Assembly: GCA_963766735.1 (NCBI GenBank)
Contig: CAVYBU010000004.1
Coordinates: forward strand, 1 to 64,000
Source: an uncultured Chloroflexia bacterium
Lineage (GTDB): Bacteria > Chloroflexota > Limnocylindria > Limnocylindrales > CSP1-4
Length of the DNA: 64,000 nt
Direction: 5' to 3'
A model generated the notes under the pieces. That model saw nothing but the letters and a program-made list of their open reading frames with translations, was not told the DNA's origin and searched no databases. The stretch's first letter is position 1. Every line of letters begins with the position of its first letter. The position numbers and the translations under genes are program-made. Below, in pieces: positions 8,964 to 18,369 of this stretch.

Positions 8964-10819
8964 CAGGCGGGTACCTCCACGAGGCTCTCGATCATCGCGG
9001 TGATCTGCGCGTCCGTGTAGCCGAGCAGGTCGATCGCGTTCTCGGGGCAGATCGGCACGCAGCCGCCACACCCCTTGCAGCCGGTGGGGCTGATGACCGC
9101 CCAGTGGCGGTCGCTCTCCTCCGCCATCGAGATCGCGTCGTAGGGGCAGGCCGTCAGGCAGTCTCCACAGGCCGTGCACGCGTCCTCGCGGACGATGGCG
9201 ACCAGCGGGTCCAGCTCCGTGTAGCCCTTCTTGAGGATCGCGGCGCTCTGGGTGACCGCGGCCAGCCCGGACGCCACGCTCTCGGACGAGGTCTTGGGAC
9301 CCTGGCAGGCACCGGCGATCAGCACGCCGTCCACCACCGTCTCGACGGGCCGCAGCTTGGGGTGGATCTCGTTGAAGAAGCCGTCGCTGCCCGCGGGGAG
9401 CTTGAGCACGCCCACCAGCTCCTCGTTGGCGCGGGGGACCATGGCGGTGACGAGGACCACGAGGTCCACCGGGATGGCCAGCTCGACGTTCTCCGTCAGC
9501 ATGTCCCGCACGGTGACGGTCAGGCCGCCGCCGGCTGCGGGCTCCACGGTCGGTGGCGCCTCGCCGTCGAACTTGAGGAAGACCGATCCGGTCTTGCGCG
9601 CCTCCGTGTAGAGCGGCTCGAACTTGCCGTAGGTCCGCATGTCCCGGTAGAGGTGGAACTGGCGGATGGACGGGTCGAGGCCGGATACCTGCACCGCGGT
9701 CTGGGTCGTGGCCGCGCAGCAGTAGCGCGAGCAGGCCTGGTTGGCCGTCCCGGCGGTGCCGCGGCTCCCGACGCAATAGACGTAGGCGACGCTGCGGACC
9801 GGCCGCCCGCGCCAGGCGAGCGGACCCGTGGCGCCGTCCACGAGCTCCTTGAACTCCGCCAGGTCGATGACACCCTCGGTGCCGAACCCGACCTCGCCCT
9901 CATCGGGGCGGTACGTGTCGAACCCGGTGGCGACGACGACCGACCCGACCGCGATCTCGATCGTGCCGGCGCCCTCCCCGCCCACGCGGACGGTCATCCG
10001 GTAGTTGCCGAAGCTGCCGGCCTTGCCGACGACCTCGGCCCCGGTGAGCACGGTGATCGCCGGGCGTCGCTTGACCTCCGCGACCAGGCTCTCCACGAGC
10101 TCCCGGCCAGCCCTGTCGTGCGGGTACATGGTGCCGAACTGCCCGACCCAGCCACCGAGGCTGATCTCGCGCTCAACGAGCGTGACCTGCAGCCCGATGT
10201 CCGCGAGCCCGACCGCCGCGCGCAGGCCCGCGATCCCGCCGCCGATCACCAGGGTGTGCGGCAGCGTCTCGACGACCATCGGCTCCAGCGGCGTGGTGAA
10301 CCGCGTCCGCGCGATGCCGGCCCGGACCAGGTCCGTGGCCTTGCCCGTTGCGCCGTCGGGGTCGTCGGTGTGGACCCAGGAGCACTGCTCCCGGATGTTG
10401 ACCTGGGTGTACTCGTACGGGTTCAGGCCCGCCCGAGCCGCCACTCCCCGGAACGTGTACGTGTGGAGCTTGGGCGAGCACGAGGCAACGACAAGGCCGT
10501 CGAGGCCCTGCTCGGTGATGTCGGCAACGATCTCCTGCTGTGTGGCCTCGGAGCAGGTGAACATCGCGGTCTTGGCGACCACGACGTCGCCGGCATCCCT
10601 GATGTCGTCGATCACCTTGTCGACATCGACGTAGTCGCTGATGTTGCCGCCGCAGTGGCAGACGTAGACGCCGATGCGGCGTGCTGCGGGACCGTCCAGG
10701 CCTGCGTTGTCCCCTGCGCGCGCTCGCTCACGCACGACATCGGTGCGCTCGCTCGCGTGCTCGGCTCCGCCTTGACCTGAACGGTCCGCCAGCACGCCGG
10801 GGTCCTCGATCTCGCTCAT
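8963..10819 (-). CDS. hdrA: HdrA/QmoB-like flavin-iron-sulfur subunit
   Basis: IGVYVCHCGGNI, VASCSP, NIREQC, GGGIAG FAD motif, CVGSR...CSRYCC, GACQGPK, C-terminal 2x[4Fe-4S]. Confidence 0.9.
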   Translation of the reverse strand: MSEIEDPGVLADRSGQGGAEHASERTDVVRERARAGDNAGLDGPAARRIGVYVCHCGGNISDYVDVDKVIDDIRDAGDVVVAKTAMFTCSEATQQEIVADITEQGLDGLVVASCSPKLHTYTFRGVAARAGLNPYEYTQVNIREQCSWVHTDDPDGATGKATDLVRAGIARTRFTTPLEPMVVETLPHTLVIGGGIAGLRAAVGLADIGLQVTLVEREISLGGWVGQFGTMYPHDRAGRELVESLVAEVKRRPAITVLTGAEVVGKAGSFGNYRMTVRVGGEGAGTIEIAVGSVVVATGFDTYRPDEGEVGFGTEGVIDLAEFKELVDGATGPLAWRGRPVRSVAYVYCVGSRGTAGTANQACSRYCCAATTQTAVQVSGLDPSIRQFHLYRDMRTYGKFEPLYTEARKTGSVFLKFDGEAPPTVEPAAGGGLTVTVRDMLTENVELAIPVDLVVLVTAMVPRANEELVGVLKLPAGSDGFFNEIHPKLRPVETVVDGVLIAGACQGPKTSSESVASGLAAVTQSAAILKKGYTELDPLVAIVREDACTACGDCLTACPYDAISMAEESDRHWAVISPTGCKGCGGCVPICPENAIDLLGYTDAQITAMIESLVEVPA

Positions 10820-13583
10820 GCGGGCACCATCTCGATCTGCGGGGCCTTCGTCCGCTCGAGGTGGGCCGCGACCTGCGCCGCCGCCGCACCCGCGTGCAGG
10901 ATCGAGTCCGCGATGTCCTTGGCGCCCGAGGCGGCGCCCGCCACGAAGACGCCGGGGATGCTGGTCGCCCCCGGATTGAGGTCCTCCTCCGGTTCTCCCA
11001 CGTAGCCCCATTCGTCCGTGGCCAGCTCCTCCACCTCGAACAGCTGCTCGGCATCATGGTTCGGCAGCACGCCCACCGCCAGCACGACGATGTCGTACTC
11101 CGCTTCGACGATGCCGCCTCCGTTCTCGATGTCCTCGTACCTGAGCACCAGGTCGCCGTTCGGCTGTTCGCGGACGTCCGCGACCCGACCCTTCACGTAG
11201 TTGGCCCCCATCGCCTTGGCCTGTTCGTAGAACTCGTCGTAGCGCTTGCCGGGAGCCCGGATGTCCATGTAGTGGACGGTGACGTCCGCGAGGGGCAGGG
11301 CGCCCATCAGCAGCTGGTTCTGCTTGATCGAGTACATGCAGCAGAACCGCGAGCAGAGCGGGTTGTTGACCGTCTCGTCGCGGGAGCCCGTGCACAGGAT
11401 GTAGGCGATCCGCTCGGGAACCTTGCCGTCGCCCGGACGCAGGATCGTGTTGAACGGTCGGGTGGGCGCCAGGAGGCGGTCCATCTGCATCCCGGTGATG
11501 ACGTTGGTGAAACGTCCGAACCCGTATTCCGGCTTGAGATCCGCGGGAAACAGCTTGAAGCCGGTCGAGACCACGACCGACTTGACCCGGGCCTCGAACT
11601 GCTCGTCGCGGGCCTGGAGGTCGATGCATCCGTCCACCGGGCAGGCCTCCACGCACTCGTTGCACTCGGAGCAGACCGCGCAGTCGATGCACCGGCCGGC
11701 ACCCCGGCGGGCCTCGACCTCGGAGAGCGGTGCCTCCACCTCGTGGAAGTCGGTTGGGGCGGCCTCCAGCCTCATGCCGTCCGGCGTCGGGGCGTGGAGG
11801 GCATAGGCCTTCTGGCGGGCCAGCACCTGCGCCTTGTCGACGACCGGCAGCCGGTTGTCGAACCCGTCGAGCGTCCCCCCGGTGAGCGCCCTGTCGATCA
11901 TGTGGGCGGCCAGGCGACCCTCGCCGACGGCTCGCGTGATGTCGGTGGGACCGTTGACCGCGTCACCCGCCGCAAACACGAAGGGCTGGTCGGTCAGGCG
12001 GGAGACCGCGTCGGCGCGGAGGTGGCCGCGGTCGTCCGTGGCCATGCGACCCGCGAACGCGGTGGTGTCCGGGCGCATGCCGATCGCTGCGATCACGAGA
12101 TCCGCCGGGATGGTCACCTCGCTGCCGGGCACGGGCTCTGGCCGGCGGCGGCCGGATCCATCGGGCTCACCCAGGCGCATCCGCGTGCAGCGGAGGCCGC
12201 TGACCTCGCCCTGCTCGTTGCCCAGCACCTCGAGCGGCGCGACCTGCAGGGTGAAGGTGACGCCCTCCTTCTCCGTGTCGCCGACCTCAACGTGGTGGGC
12301 GGGCATCTCGTCGCGGCCACGCCGGTACGCCACGGTGACGGAGGCGGCGCCAAGGCGTCGGGCGGTCCGCGCGGCGTCCATCGCCACGTTCCCGCCGCCG
12401 ACCACCACGACCCGCTTGCCGGCCACGTCCAGCGGCTCATCGAGCTTGACCTTGCGCAGGAAGTCCGTCCCGCCGAGCACGCCCAGGCGATCCTCTCCGG
12501 GGACGCCAAGCCCCAGGGACCGGTGGGTTCCGATGGCCACGAGCACCGCGTCGAAGCCGTCCTCGCGGAGGGCGGCCGGGTCACCGACCGGGTGGTTGAC
12601 CTCGATCTCCACGCCCAGGTCCCGGAGGTTGTCGATATCCCGCTCCACGACCTCGTCGGGCAGGCGGTAGGACGGGATGCCCAGGCGCAGGAAGCCCCCG
12701 GCGACCGGCGCCGCCTCGAGGACCTTGACGGCGTAGCCCAGGCGGGCCAGCTGCCACGCGGCGGTCAGGCCGGTGGGCCCGGAACCGACCACCGCGACGC
12801 GCTTCCCGTTGGCCGGGGCGGTCTCGATGCCGGGACCCGCGCCGGACGCCTGTGCGCGTCTGCGATGAACCGCTTGATGCGGCGGATGGGAAGCGTGCCC
12901 TCCAGCGAGCCGCGGGTGCACTCGCCCTCGCACGGGGCGTAGCAGGCGCGCCCGAGCGTGCCGACGAGCGGCGTCGCGTCGAGGACCAGGTGGAAGGCCT
13001 TCTCGTCCTCGCCGCTGCGGACCAGCGAGACGTAGCCGTGGGCCTGGATGCCGGCGGGACACGCGTACGAGCAGGGGGAGCTGCCCGCGCGGTCGATGAC
13101 GGCCTTCTTGGGCACGGCCTGGGGGAACGTGATGTGTGCGGCTCGCCGGGCCACGAGATCCGCGTTGAACTGGTCGGGGACGGCCACGGTGCAGGCGGTC
13201 TCGCACTTCTGGCAGCCCGTGCACGTGTCCTCGTCCACGAACCGGGCCTTGCGCGTGACCGTGGCCCGGAACCGGCCGTCGGGCGACTTCCGGATCCCGT
13301 CCACCCGGCTGTAGGTCATCGCCGTGATGTTCGGGTGGTGGATCGTGGACGCCATCTTCGGCGTCGAGATGCAGCTGGCGCAGTCCAGCGTGGGGAAGAC
13401 CTTCGACAGCAGGATCATCTTGCCGCCGACGCTGGCCTCCTTCTCGACCAGCAGGACCTTGTAGCCCATGTCGCCGAGCTTGAGGGCGGACTCCATGCCG
13501 CCGATGCCACTGCCGACGACCAGGACGTCGTAGTCCGTTTCGGTCGCACCGGGGGCGGCGCAGGTCTCGATCATCTCGCTCAC
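10816..13583 (-). CDS. HdrA fused to a GltD/NfnB-like NAD(P)H module (HdrL-type); frameshift near 12850
   Basis: ORF 12765-13778 gives GSGIGG, FPTLDCASCISTPKM, a ferredoxin motif and PCSYACPAG. The other frame gives GSGPTGL, GGGNVAMDAAR, RCIDC..CSEC.EC, CTGSRD...CSRFCC. Confidence 0.85.
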
Positions 13584-14023
13584 CTCGCCACCGCCGGGCC
13601 CATGGGTCCGAGCGCGGCCGAGAACTGCAGCACGTGCTTCGTGAATGGCTCGGAGCAGACCGAGCAGATTGCCGCCAGCCGAAGCCGGTTGGCGTCGATC
13701 CCCCGCTCGCGCATCGCGGTCTGTGCCTTCGCGACGATGGAGGACGAGCGCTCGGAGCAATCGGGGAGGTAGGCGCACTCGTCGCCGTCGGAGGCGACGA
13801 ACACGCCGTCGAACCCCGTCTCGAGCGCGTGCAGCACCCAGGACGGCCGAATCCCGCTGGTGCAGGGCAGCCCGATGACCTTGACGCCAGGTGAGTAGTG
13901 CATGTGGGCACTGCCGGCCAGGTCGATCCCCGGGTCGGAGATGTTGTTCGTGGAGAACACGAGGATCTGGGGCACGAATGTGTCGCCCGGAGCCCGCGGC
14001 TCGGTCGCGACGGCGGAGGTCAT
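13580..14023 (-). CDS. mvhD: MvhD/FlpD-like subunit with atypical Cys pattern
   Basis: DLAG..HMHY.P.VK.I..PC, GFDGVFVA, GI...RLRL. The N-terminal CCNWC-type motif is replaced by STNNIS. Confidence 0.8.
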   Translation of the reverse strand: MTSAVATEPRAPGDTFVPQILVFSTNNISDPGIDLAGSAHMHYSPGVKVIGLPCTSGIRPSWVLHALETGFDGVFVASDGDECAYLPDCSERSSSIVAKAQTAMRERGIDANRLRLAAICSVCSEPFTKHVLQFSAALGPMGPAVAR

Positions 14024-14046
14024 CGGACGCTTGCTCCTGTGGTCGG

Positions 14047-14307
14047 CTACTTGCCGCGGATCACGAAGACGCGGTCGTAACCGTCGGCCGCGAGCGTGCC
14101 CAGGAAGGTGTGCCCGACCTTGCCGGACCAGGCACTGATGTCCGACTTCGTGCCGGGATCCGTGGACCAGATTTCGATCAGGGAGCCCACGGGCACGCCC
14201 GGCATGCCCTTCTTGGCCTCGAGGAGCGGGCCCGGGCATGCCGCCCCGCGGGCGTCGATGACCTTGGCCGCGGTCATCGCGGCGAGTTCGGTGTCGGTTG
14301 CGGTCAC
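14047..14307 (-). CDS. tusA: TusA/SirA-family sulfur carrier
   Basis: IDARGAACPGPLLEAKK...STDPG...DI.AW....GH. Confidence 0.9.
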   Translation of the reverse strand: MTATDTELAAMTAAKVIDARGAACPGPLLEAKKGMPGVPVGSLIEIWSTDPGTKSDISAWSGKVGHTFLGTLAADGYDRVFVIRGK

Positions 14308-14348
14308 GAGAAGGTCCTCCTGGTTGACGGGTGGGTCCTGAATCGACC

Positions 14349-14756
14349 CTAGATGAACAGGAGCTGGCCGCCTTCGGCCGCCAGCAGGAATGTCGCGATC
14401 CCGCCCGAGTCATCCACGAGCGGATCGAGCGTGGTGACGTCCAGGCCCAGCACGTCCAGTGACCCGGAGCACGCGAGGATGGAAACCTCGCCCAGCTCCT
14501 TGGCCATCCGGAACGTGTCCAGCCACGGGATGGAACCGGGTCCCTTCACGGGGCTGGAGGTCCCCGGAGCGCCGGCGTCGAACGCCAGACCCAGGTCACC
14601 GTCGATGCGGTTGGCACGGAACGCGTCCAGGGCCCAGTACTGGAGCAGGATGTTCACGGGCCGGTCCATGGCCGCGGCGCCGGCGGCGAGCGTGGCGGCG
14701 GCATGGAGCTTGTCCGCCGTGCCGGAGAACAGGACGATCGAGAGGCTGTCGTTCAT
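14349..14756 (-). CDS. DsrE2-like sulfurtransferase (DsrE/DsrF/DrsH family)
   Basis: LSIVLFSGTADKL...AAAM...YWAL...AKELG.V.I.ACS.S.DVLG...G.ATFL. Alternative GTG start at 14768. Confidence 0.8.
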   Translation of the reverse strand: MNDSLSIVLFSGTADKLHAAATLAAGAAAMDRPVNILLQYWALDAFRANRIDGDLGLAFDAGAPGTSSPVKGPGSIPWLDTFRMAKELGEVSILACSGSLDVLGLDVTTLDPLVDDSGGIATFLLAAEGGQLLFI

Positions 14757-14806
14757 GTGCTGGGTCACCTGGGCAGGGGATGGCGCGAGCCAAAGATCTC
14801 AGTGCC

Positions 14807-14827
14807 TTTATATGCTGCTGACATATA
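14807..14827 (-). promoter_or_regulatory. Candidate operator TATATG-N7-CATATA overlapping the -10 (TATAAA) of the dsrE-tusA-hdr operon
   Basis: Perfect 6-bp inverted repeat at 14809-14827 in an AT-rich patch. Confidence 0.55.
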
Positions 14828-14897
14828 GAGGACCGGAGCCAACTGGCCCTGGAAACGAGGGACCACCGGCCCGTCGGGACCGGATCCGCGGGCACGT

Positions 14898-14926
14898 TTG
14901 ACGGGACGCCCGATCACGGGCATCGT
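14898..14926 (+). promoter_or_regulatory. Sigma70-type promoter for the cysE-cysK leader (TTGACG-17-CATCGT)
   Basis: Near-consensus -35 with exact 17-nt spacing. Confidence 0.6.
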
Positions 14927-14932
14927 TCGCAC

Positions 14933-14977
14933 GTGGCGTCCTACCGGCTTTCCTGCGCGTGTCCCTGGCGGCGATGA
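14933..14977 (+). CDS. Putative leaderless leader peptide MASYRLSCACPWRR (Cys attenuator candidate)
   Basis: GTG lies 6 nt after the -10; 2 Cys codons; a GC hairpin covers the stop; upstream of cysE-cysK. Confidence 0.5.
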   Translation: MASYRLSCACPWRR

Positions 14978-15151
14978 CGCCGCCGGTGCTCGCCGCGCCT
15001 CGCGCCCGCCGCGCCTGAGGTCGCTCGAGCCCACCACCGTGCATCCGGTTCCCGTTCGCACCTCGCGGACCGCCGGTTGCCCAGCGCCCGAAGCCGCCAC
15101 CCCGCCCCGACCGCCCGCCGGTCCCCTCCCCGCCTTACCGGGTACCGCCCA

Positions 15152-16024
15152 ATGTCCTCACATCCGCGCACCGATGCGGGGCCACCCGCCACGCTCGCAG
15201 ACCTCGCCGCGCATATCGCCGCCGACCAGGCGGCCGCCTTCGACAACCTCCCCGAGCGCGACCTCGTCGCCGGCCTCGTCGACCGGATCGTGACGCTCCT
15301 GTTCCCGGATGGGAGTGGGGGGCCGCGGACGGCCGCGCAGGTGCAGGACGAGTTCGACGCCCTGCATGCGGCATTCGTCCCCGTCCTCCGGCCGCTCGCA
15401 GGAAGGTTGCCGGTCACCCCGCACACCCTGTGCGACCGGTTCCTGGCCCAGCTGCCGGCGATCCACGAGGCCCTGAACCTCGATGTCGAGGCCATCGAGA
15501 CCGGCGACCCGGCCGCCCACAGCACCGCCGAGATCGTGCTGGCCTACCCGGGCTTCGCGGCGCTGGCGTTCCACAGGATCGCCCACGCCCTGCACCTGGA
15601 GAACGTCCCGCTTGTCCCTCGCATGATCGCGGAGATCGCACACGGGAGGACCGGCATCGACATCCACCCTGGCGCGACGATCGGGCGCTCGTGCTGCATC
15701 GATCACGGCACCGGCCTGGTCATCGGCGAGACCGCGGTCATCGGCGACGACGTGAAGCTCTACCAGGGCGTGACCCTGGGTGCCCTGTCGGTGACCAAGG
15801 GGGGCGCCGGGACCAAGCGCCACCCGACCATCGGGGACCGCGTGGTGATCTACGCCAACGCCACCGTCCTCGGCGGTGACACCGTGGTCGGCCATGATTC
15901 CGTCATCGGCGGCAACGTCTGGTTGACCAACTCGGTCCAGCCCTACTCCCTCGTCTACCACCAGAGCCAGGTCCGCGTCCGCAGCGTCGCGGATGCGCTC
16001 GAACCCCTCGACTTCGTCATCTAG
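15152..16024 (+). CDS. cysE: Serine O-acetyltransferase
   Basis: GDPAA...[34 protein letters not shown] hexapeptide repeats. Confidence 0.95.
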   Translation: MSSHPRTDAGPPATLADLAAHIAADQAAAFDNLPERDLVAGLVDRIVTLLFPDGSGGPRTAAQVQDEFDALHAAFVPVLRPLAGRLPVTPHTLCDRFLAQLPAIHEALNLDVEAIETGDPAAHSTAEIVLAYPGFAALAFHRIAHALHLENVPLVPRMIAEIAHGRTGIDIHPGATIGRSCCIDHGTGLVIGETAVIGDDVKLYQGVTLGALSVTKGGAGTKRHPTIGDRVVIYANATVLGGDTVVGHDSVIGGNVWLTNSVQPYSLVYHQSQVRVRSVADALEPLDFVI

Positions 16025-16035
16025 GAGCGTCCCCA

Positions 16036-16950
16036 ATGATCTACTCGTCCATCCTCGAGACCATCGGCAACACCCCGCACGTCCGGATCAACCGCCTGTA
16101 CGACCCGCGCGTCAGCGTCTGGGCCAAGCTGGAGCGCGCGAACCCGGGTGGCAGCATCAAGGACCGGATCGGCCTCGCCATGATCGAGGACGCCGAGGCC
16201 CGCGGGATCATCGGCCCGGGCTCGGTCATCGTGGAGCCCACGTCGGGCAACACCGGCATCGGCCTCGCGCTCGCGGCCGCCGTCAAGGGCTACCGCCTGA
16301 TCCTCGTCATGCCCGACTCGTTCAGCGTCGAGCGTCGCAAGCTGATGCTGGCGTACGGCGCCGAGCTGGATCTCACGCCCCGGGAGATCGGCATGAACGG
16401 CTCCATCGCCCGCGCCCGGGAGATCGTGGAGCAGACGCCGGGCGCCTGGATGCCGATGCAGTTCGAGAACCCGGCCAACCCGGACGTGCACCGCCGCACG
16501 ACGGCGGAGGAGATCGCACGGGACTTCCCGGACGGCCTGGACTACATCGTCACGGGCGTTGGCACGGGCGGGCACATCACGGGCGTGGCGGAGGTGCTCA
16601 AGCCCCGCTGGCCCGGGCTGAAGGTCTACGCGGTGGAGCCCACGCTCTCCCCGGTGCTCTCCGGCGGGACGCACTCGCCGCACCCGATCCAGGGCATCGG
16701 CGCCGGGTTCATCCCGGGGGTCATGCGACCGGAGCTCCTGGACGGCATCCTGCAGGTCGCGCCGCCGGACGCCATGGAGTACGCGCGCCGGTCTGCCCGC
16801 GAGGAGGGCATCCTGGTCGGAGTCTCGTCCGGGGCATCGCTGGCTGCGGTGGCGCAGCTGCTGCCGCAGGTCGCGGACGGCTCGCGGATCCTCGTCTTCA
16901 CGTACGACACGGGCGAGCGGTACCTCTCGGTGGAGGCGCTGTTCGGGTAG
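16036..16950 (+). CDS. cysK: Cysteine synthase A
   Basis: [39 protein letters not shown]. Confidence 0.95.
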   Translation: MIYSSILETIGNTPHVRINRLYDPRVSVWAKLERANPGGSIKDRIGLAMIEDAEARGIIGPGSVIVEPTSGNTGIGLALAAAVKGYRLILVMPDSFSVERRKLMLAYGAELDLTPREIGMNGSIARAREIVEQTPGAWMPMQFENPANPDVHRRTTAEEIARDFPDGLDYIVTGVGTGGHITGVAEVLKPRWPGLKVYAVEPTLSPVLSGGTHSPHPIQGIGAGFIPGVMRPELLDGILQVAPPDAMEYARRSAREEGILVGVSSGASLAAVAQLLPQVADGSRILVFTYDTGERYLSVEALFG

Positions 16951-17214
16951 GTCCCGCGGGATGGGCGGCCGGACCGCGCGGCTGAGGACCGCGCCGCCTC
17001 TACCCCAATCGCCGCCCGCGCCGGACCGCGCGCCGTGGCGGCCGCACCTCCGGCGAGCAACGGTCGAACTGGGACCATCGGCGTGCGCAGACCCTACGAC
17101 GGTCGCGTGGCGCGGCCGTGCACCACCGGCCACGATGGCGACACCTCGAGCGGCGAGACGCCGCTCACGCGGTCCCGGTATGGCTGCGCCCGTCCAGTGG
17201 GAGTTGATCGTTTG

Positions 17215-17697
17215 GTGGTGACCGGCATTCCCGAGCCCGTCGGCTGGGATGACCCGCTGACAGGCCTCGAAGGCCCCGACCTGTTCCGGCGCGTGCTCGT
17301 GAGCGAGGTCTCGCGCTCCCTCCGGTATGCCCGCCCGCTCACGGTCGTCGTGGCCGAGGTCGAAGGCGTGCTGGAGATGGGAGACCAGTTGGGCATCGAG
17401 ATCGCCCGGCACGGTCTCCGCGAGCTTGCCCAATGCCTGCGCCGGCTGACGCGGACCAGCGACTACTGCACACGAATCGGGCTGACGCGGTTCGGCGTCG
17501 TGCTCACGGAGACGAACGAGATCGAGGCAATCAACTTCGTGGAGCGGGTTCGCGAAGAGGCGCCCGCCACGCTGCCACGCGGCGGCGAGGGACTGAGGCT
17601 GGCGTTCGGGTGGGCAAGCCCGAAGGCGGGAGACGCCGCGGGCACGCTGGTGCGGCGCGCCGACCATCGCCTGATGCAGGAGCTGCTCCACCGGTAG
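17215..17697 (+). CDS. Stand-alone degenerate GGDEF-domain protein
   Basis: DPLTGL...E.SRS.RY.RPLTV; the active-site motif reads RIGLTRF; RRAD..L. Start uncertain (ORF is open from 17035). Confidence 0.75.
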   Translation: MVTGIPEPVGWDDPLTGLEGPDLFRRVLVSEVSRSLRYARPLTVVVAEVEGVLEMGDQLGIEIARHGLRELAQCLRRLTRTSDYCTRIGLTRFGVVLTETNEIEAINFVERVREEAPATLPRGGEGLRLAFGWASPKAGDAAGTLVRRADHRLMQELLHR

Positions 17698-17745
17698 CGG
17701 CACCGGCATCGGCGCAGACCGGCCGGCGACCAGTTCGCGCAAACC

Positions 17746-17899
17746 TGGGACTGCCGGTCATCGCCGCAGCGGATCGCGACGGTGTCCTGTGCCTCCGCGG
17801 CATAGGTGCGGCCCATCTCCGGCCGAATCGGGGCCACCCCGATGACCACCAGTCACAGGCGACGACCCGGGCAAGGCGTAGCGATGACTGGCAGTCCCA
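17746..17899. repeat. 154-bp element bounded by 19-bp inverted repeats (MITE/REP-like)
   Basis: tgggactgccggtcatcgc (17746-17764) versus gcgatgactggcagtccca (17881-17899), one mismatch. Confidence 0.7.
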
Positions 17900-17966
17900 C
17901 CGCCGCCGGATCAAACGAGCGAGCGTGAGGGCCGCTGCCCGGTCTCGCTTGCCGGTCCGGGTGCGC

Positions 17967-18335
17967 CTACGCCTCGATCGTCACGTACAGCTTGCGGACC
18001 GTCTCGATGATGTCCCAGCGCCCGGACCAGCCGACCGGCAGCACCACGACGGACCCAGCGACCAGCTCGCGCACCGCGCCGTCCGAATCGGTGATGTGCG
18101 CAACGCCGCGAAGGATGCGCACGACCTCCGTGTTCGGGCGGTCCTCGATGGACCAGCCACCGGGGGTGCATTCCCAGACCCCCACCTGGACGGGGCCAAC
18201 GTCCGACAGCACCCGGATCGCGGTCATCGGCTCCCCACGGTCGGCACCGACGCGCGGCCCGGTGGGCTCGAGGGGACCGAGCAGGTCGGCCTCGGAGGCG
18301 GCGATCGAGGCCGGAAGGGCGGTGATGTCGGTCAT
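17967..18335 (-). CDS. Cupin (DUF861/EutQ-like)
   Basis: GVWECTPG, E...IL.G, GWSGRWDI.ETVRKLYV. Confidence 0.85.
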   Translation of the reverse strand: MTDITALPASIAASEADLLGPLEPTGPRVGADRGEPMTAIRVLSDVGPVQVGVWECTPGGWSIEDRPNTEVVRILRGVAHITDSDGAVRELVAGSVVVLPVGWSGRWDIIETVRKLYVTIEA

Positions 18336-18369
18336 TCGGAACCTCCTGCGGGACGGGCTCGGTTGGCGG

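Noticed and set aside
12830-12870. Programmed frameshift or selenocysteine recoding in hdrL/mvhD
   Set aside because: No slippery heptamer and no in-frame TGA at Cys positions; similar indels occur throughout the window.
7510-14756. Evidence of methanogenesis, sulfate reduction or the sHdr sulfur-oxidation pathway
   Set aside because: No hdrB, aprAB, dsrAB, lbpA or mcr in the window, so a pathway cannot be assigned.
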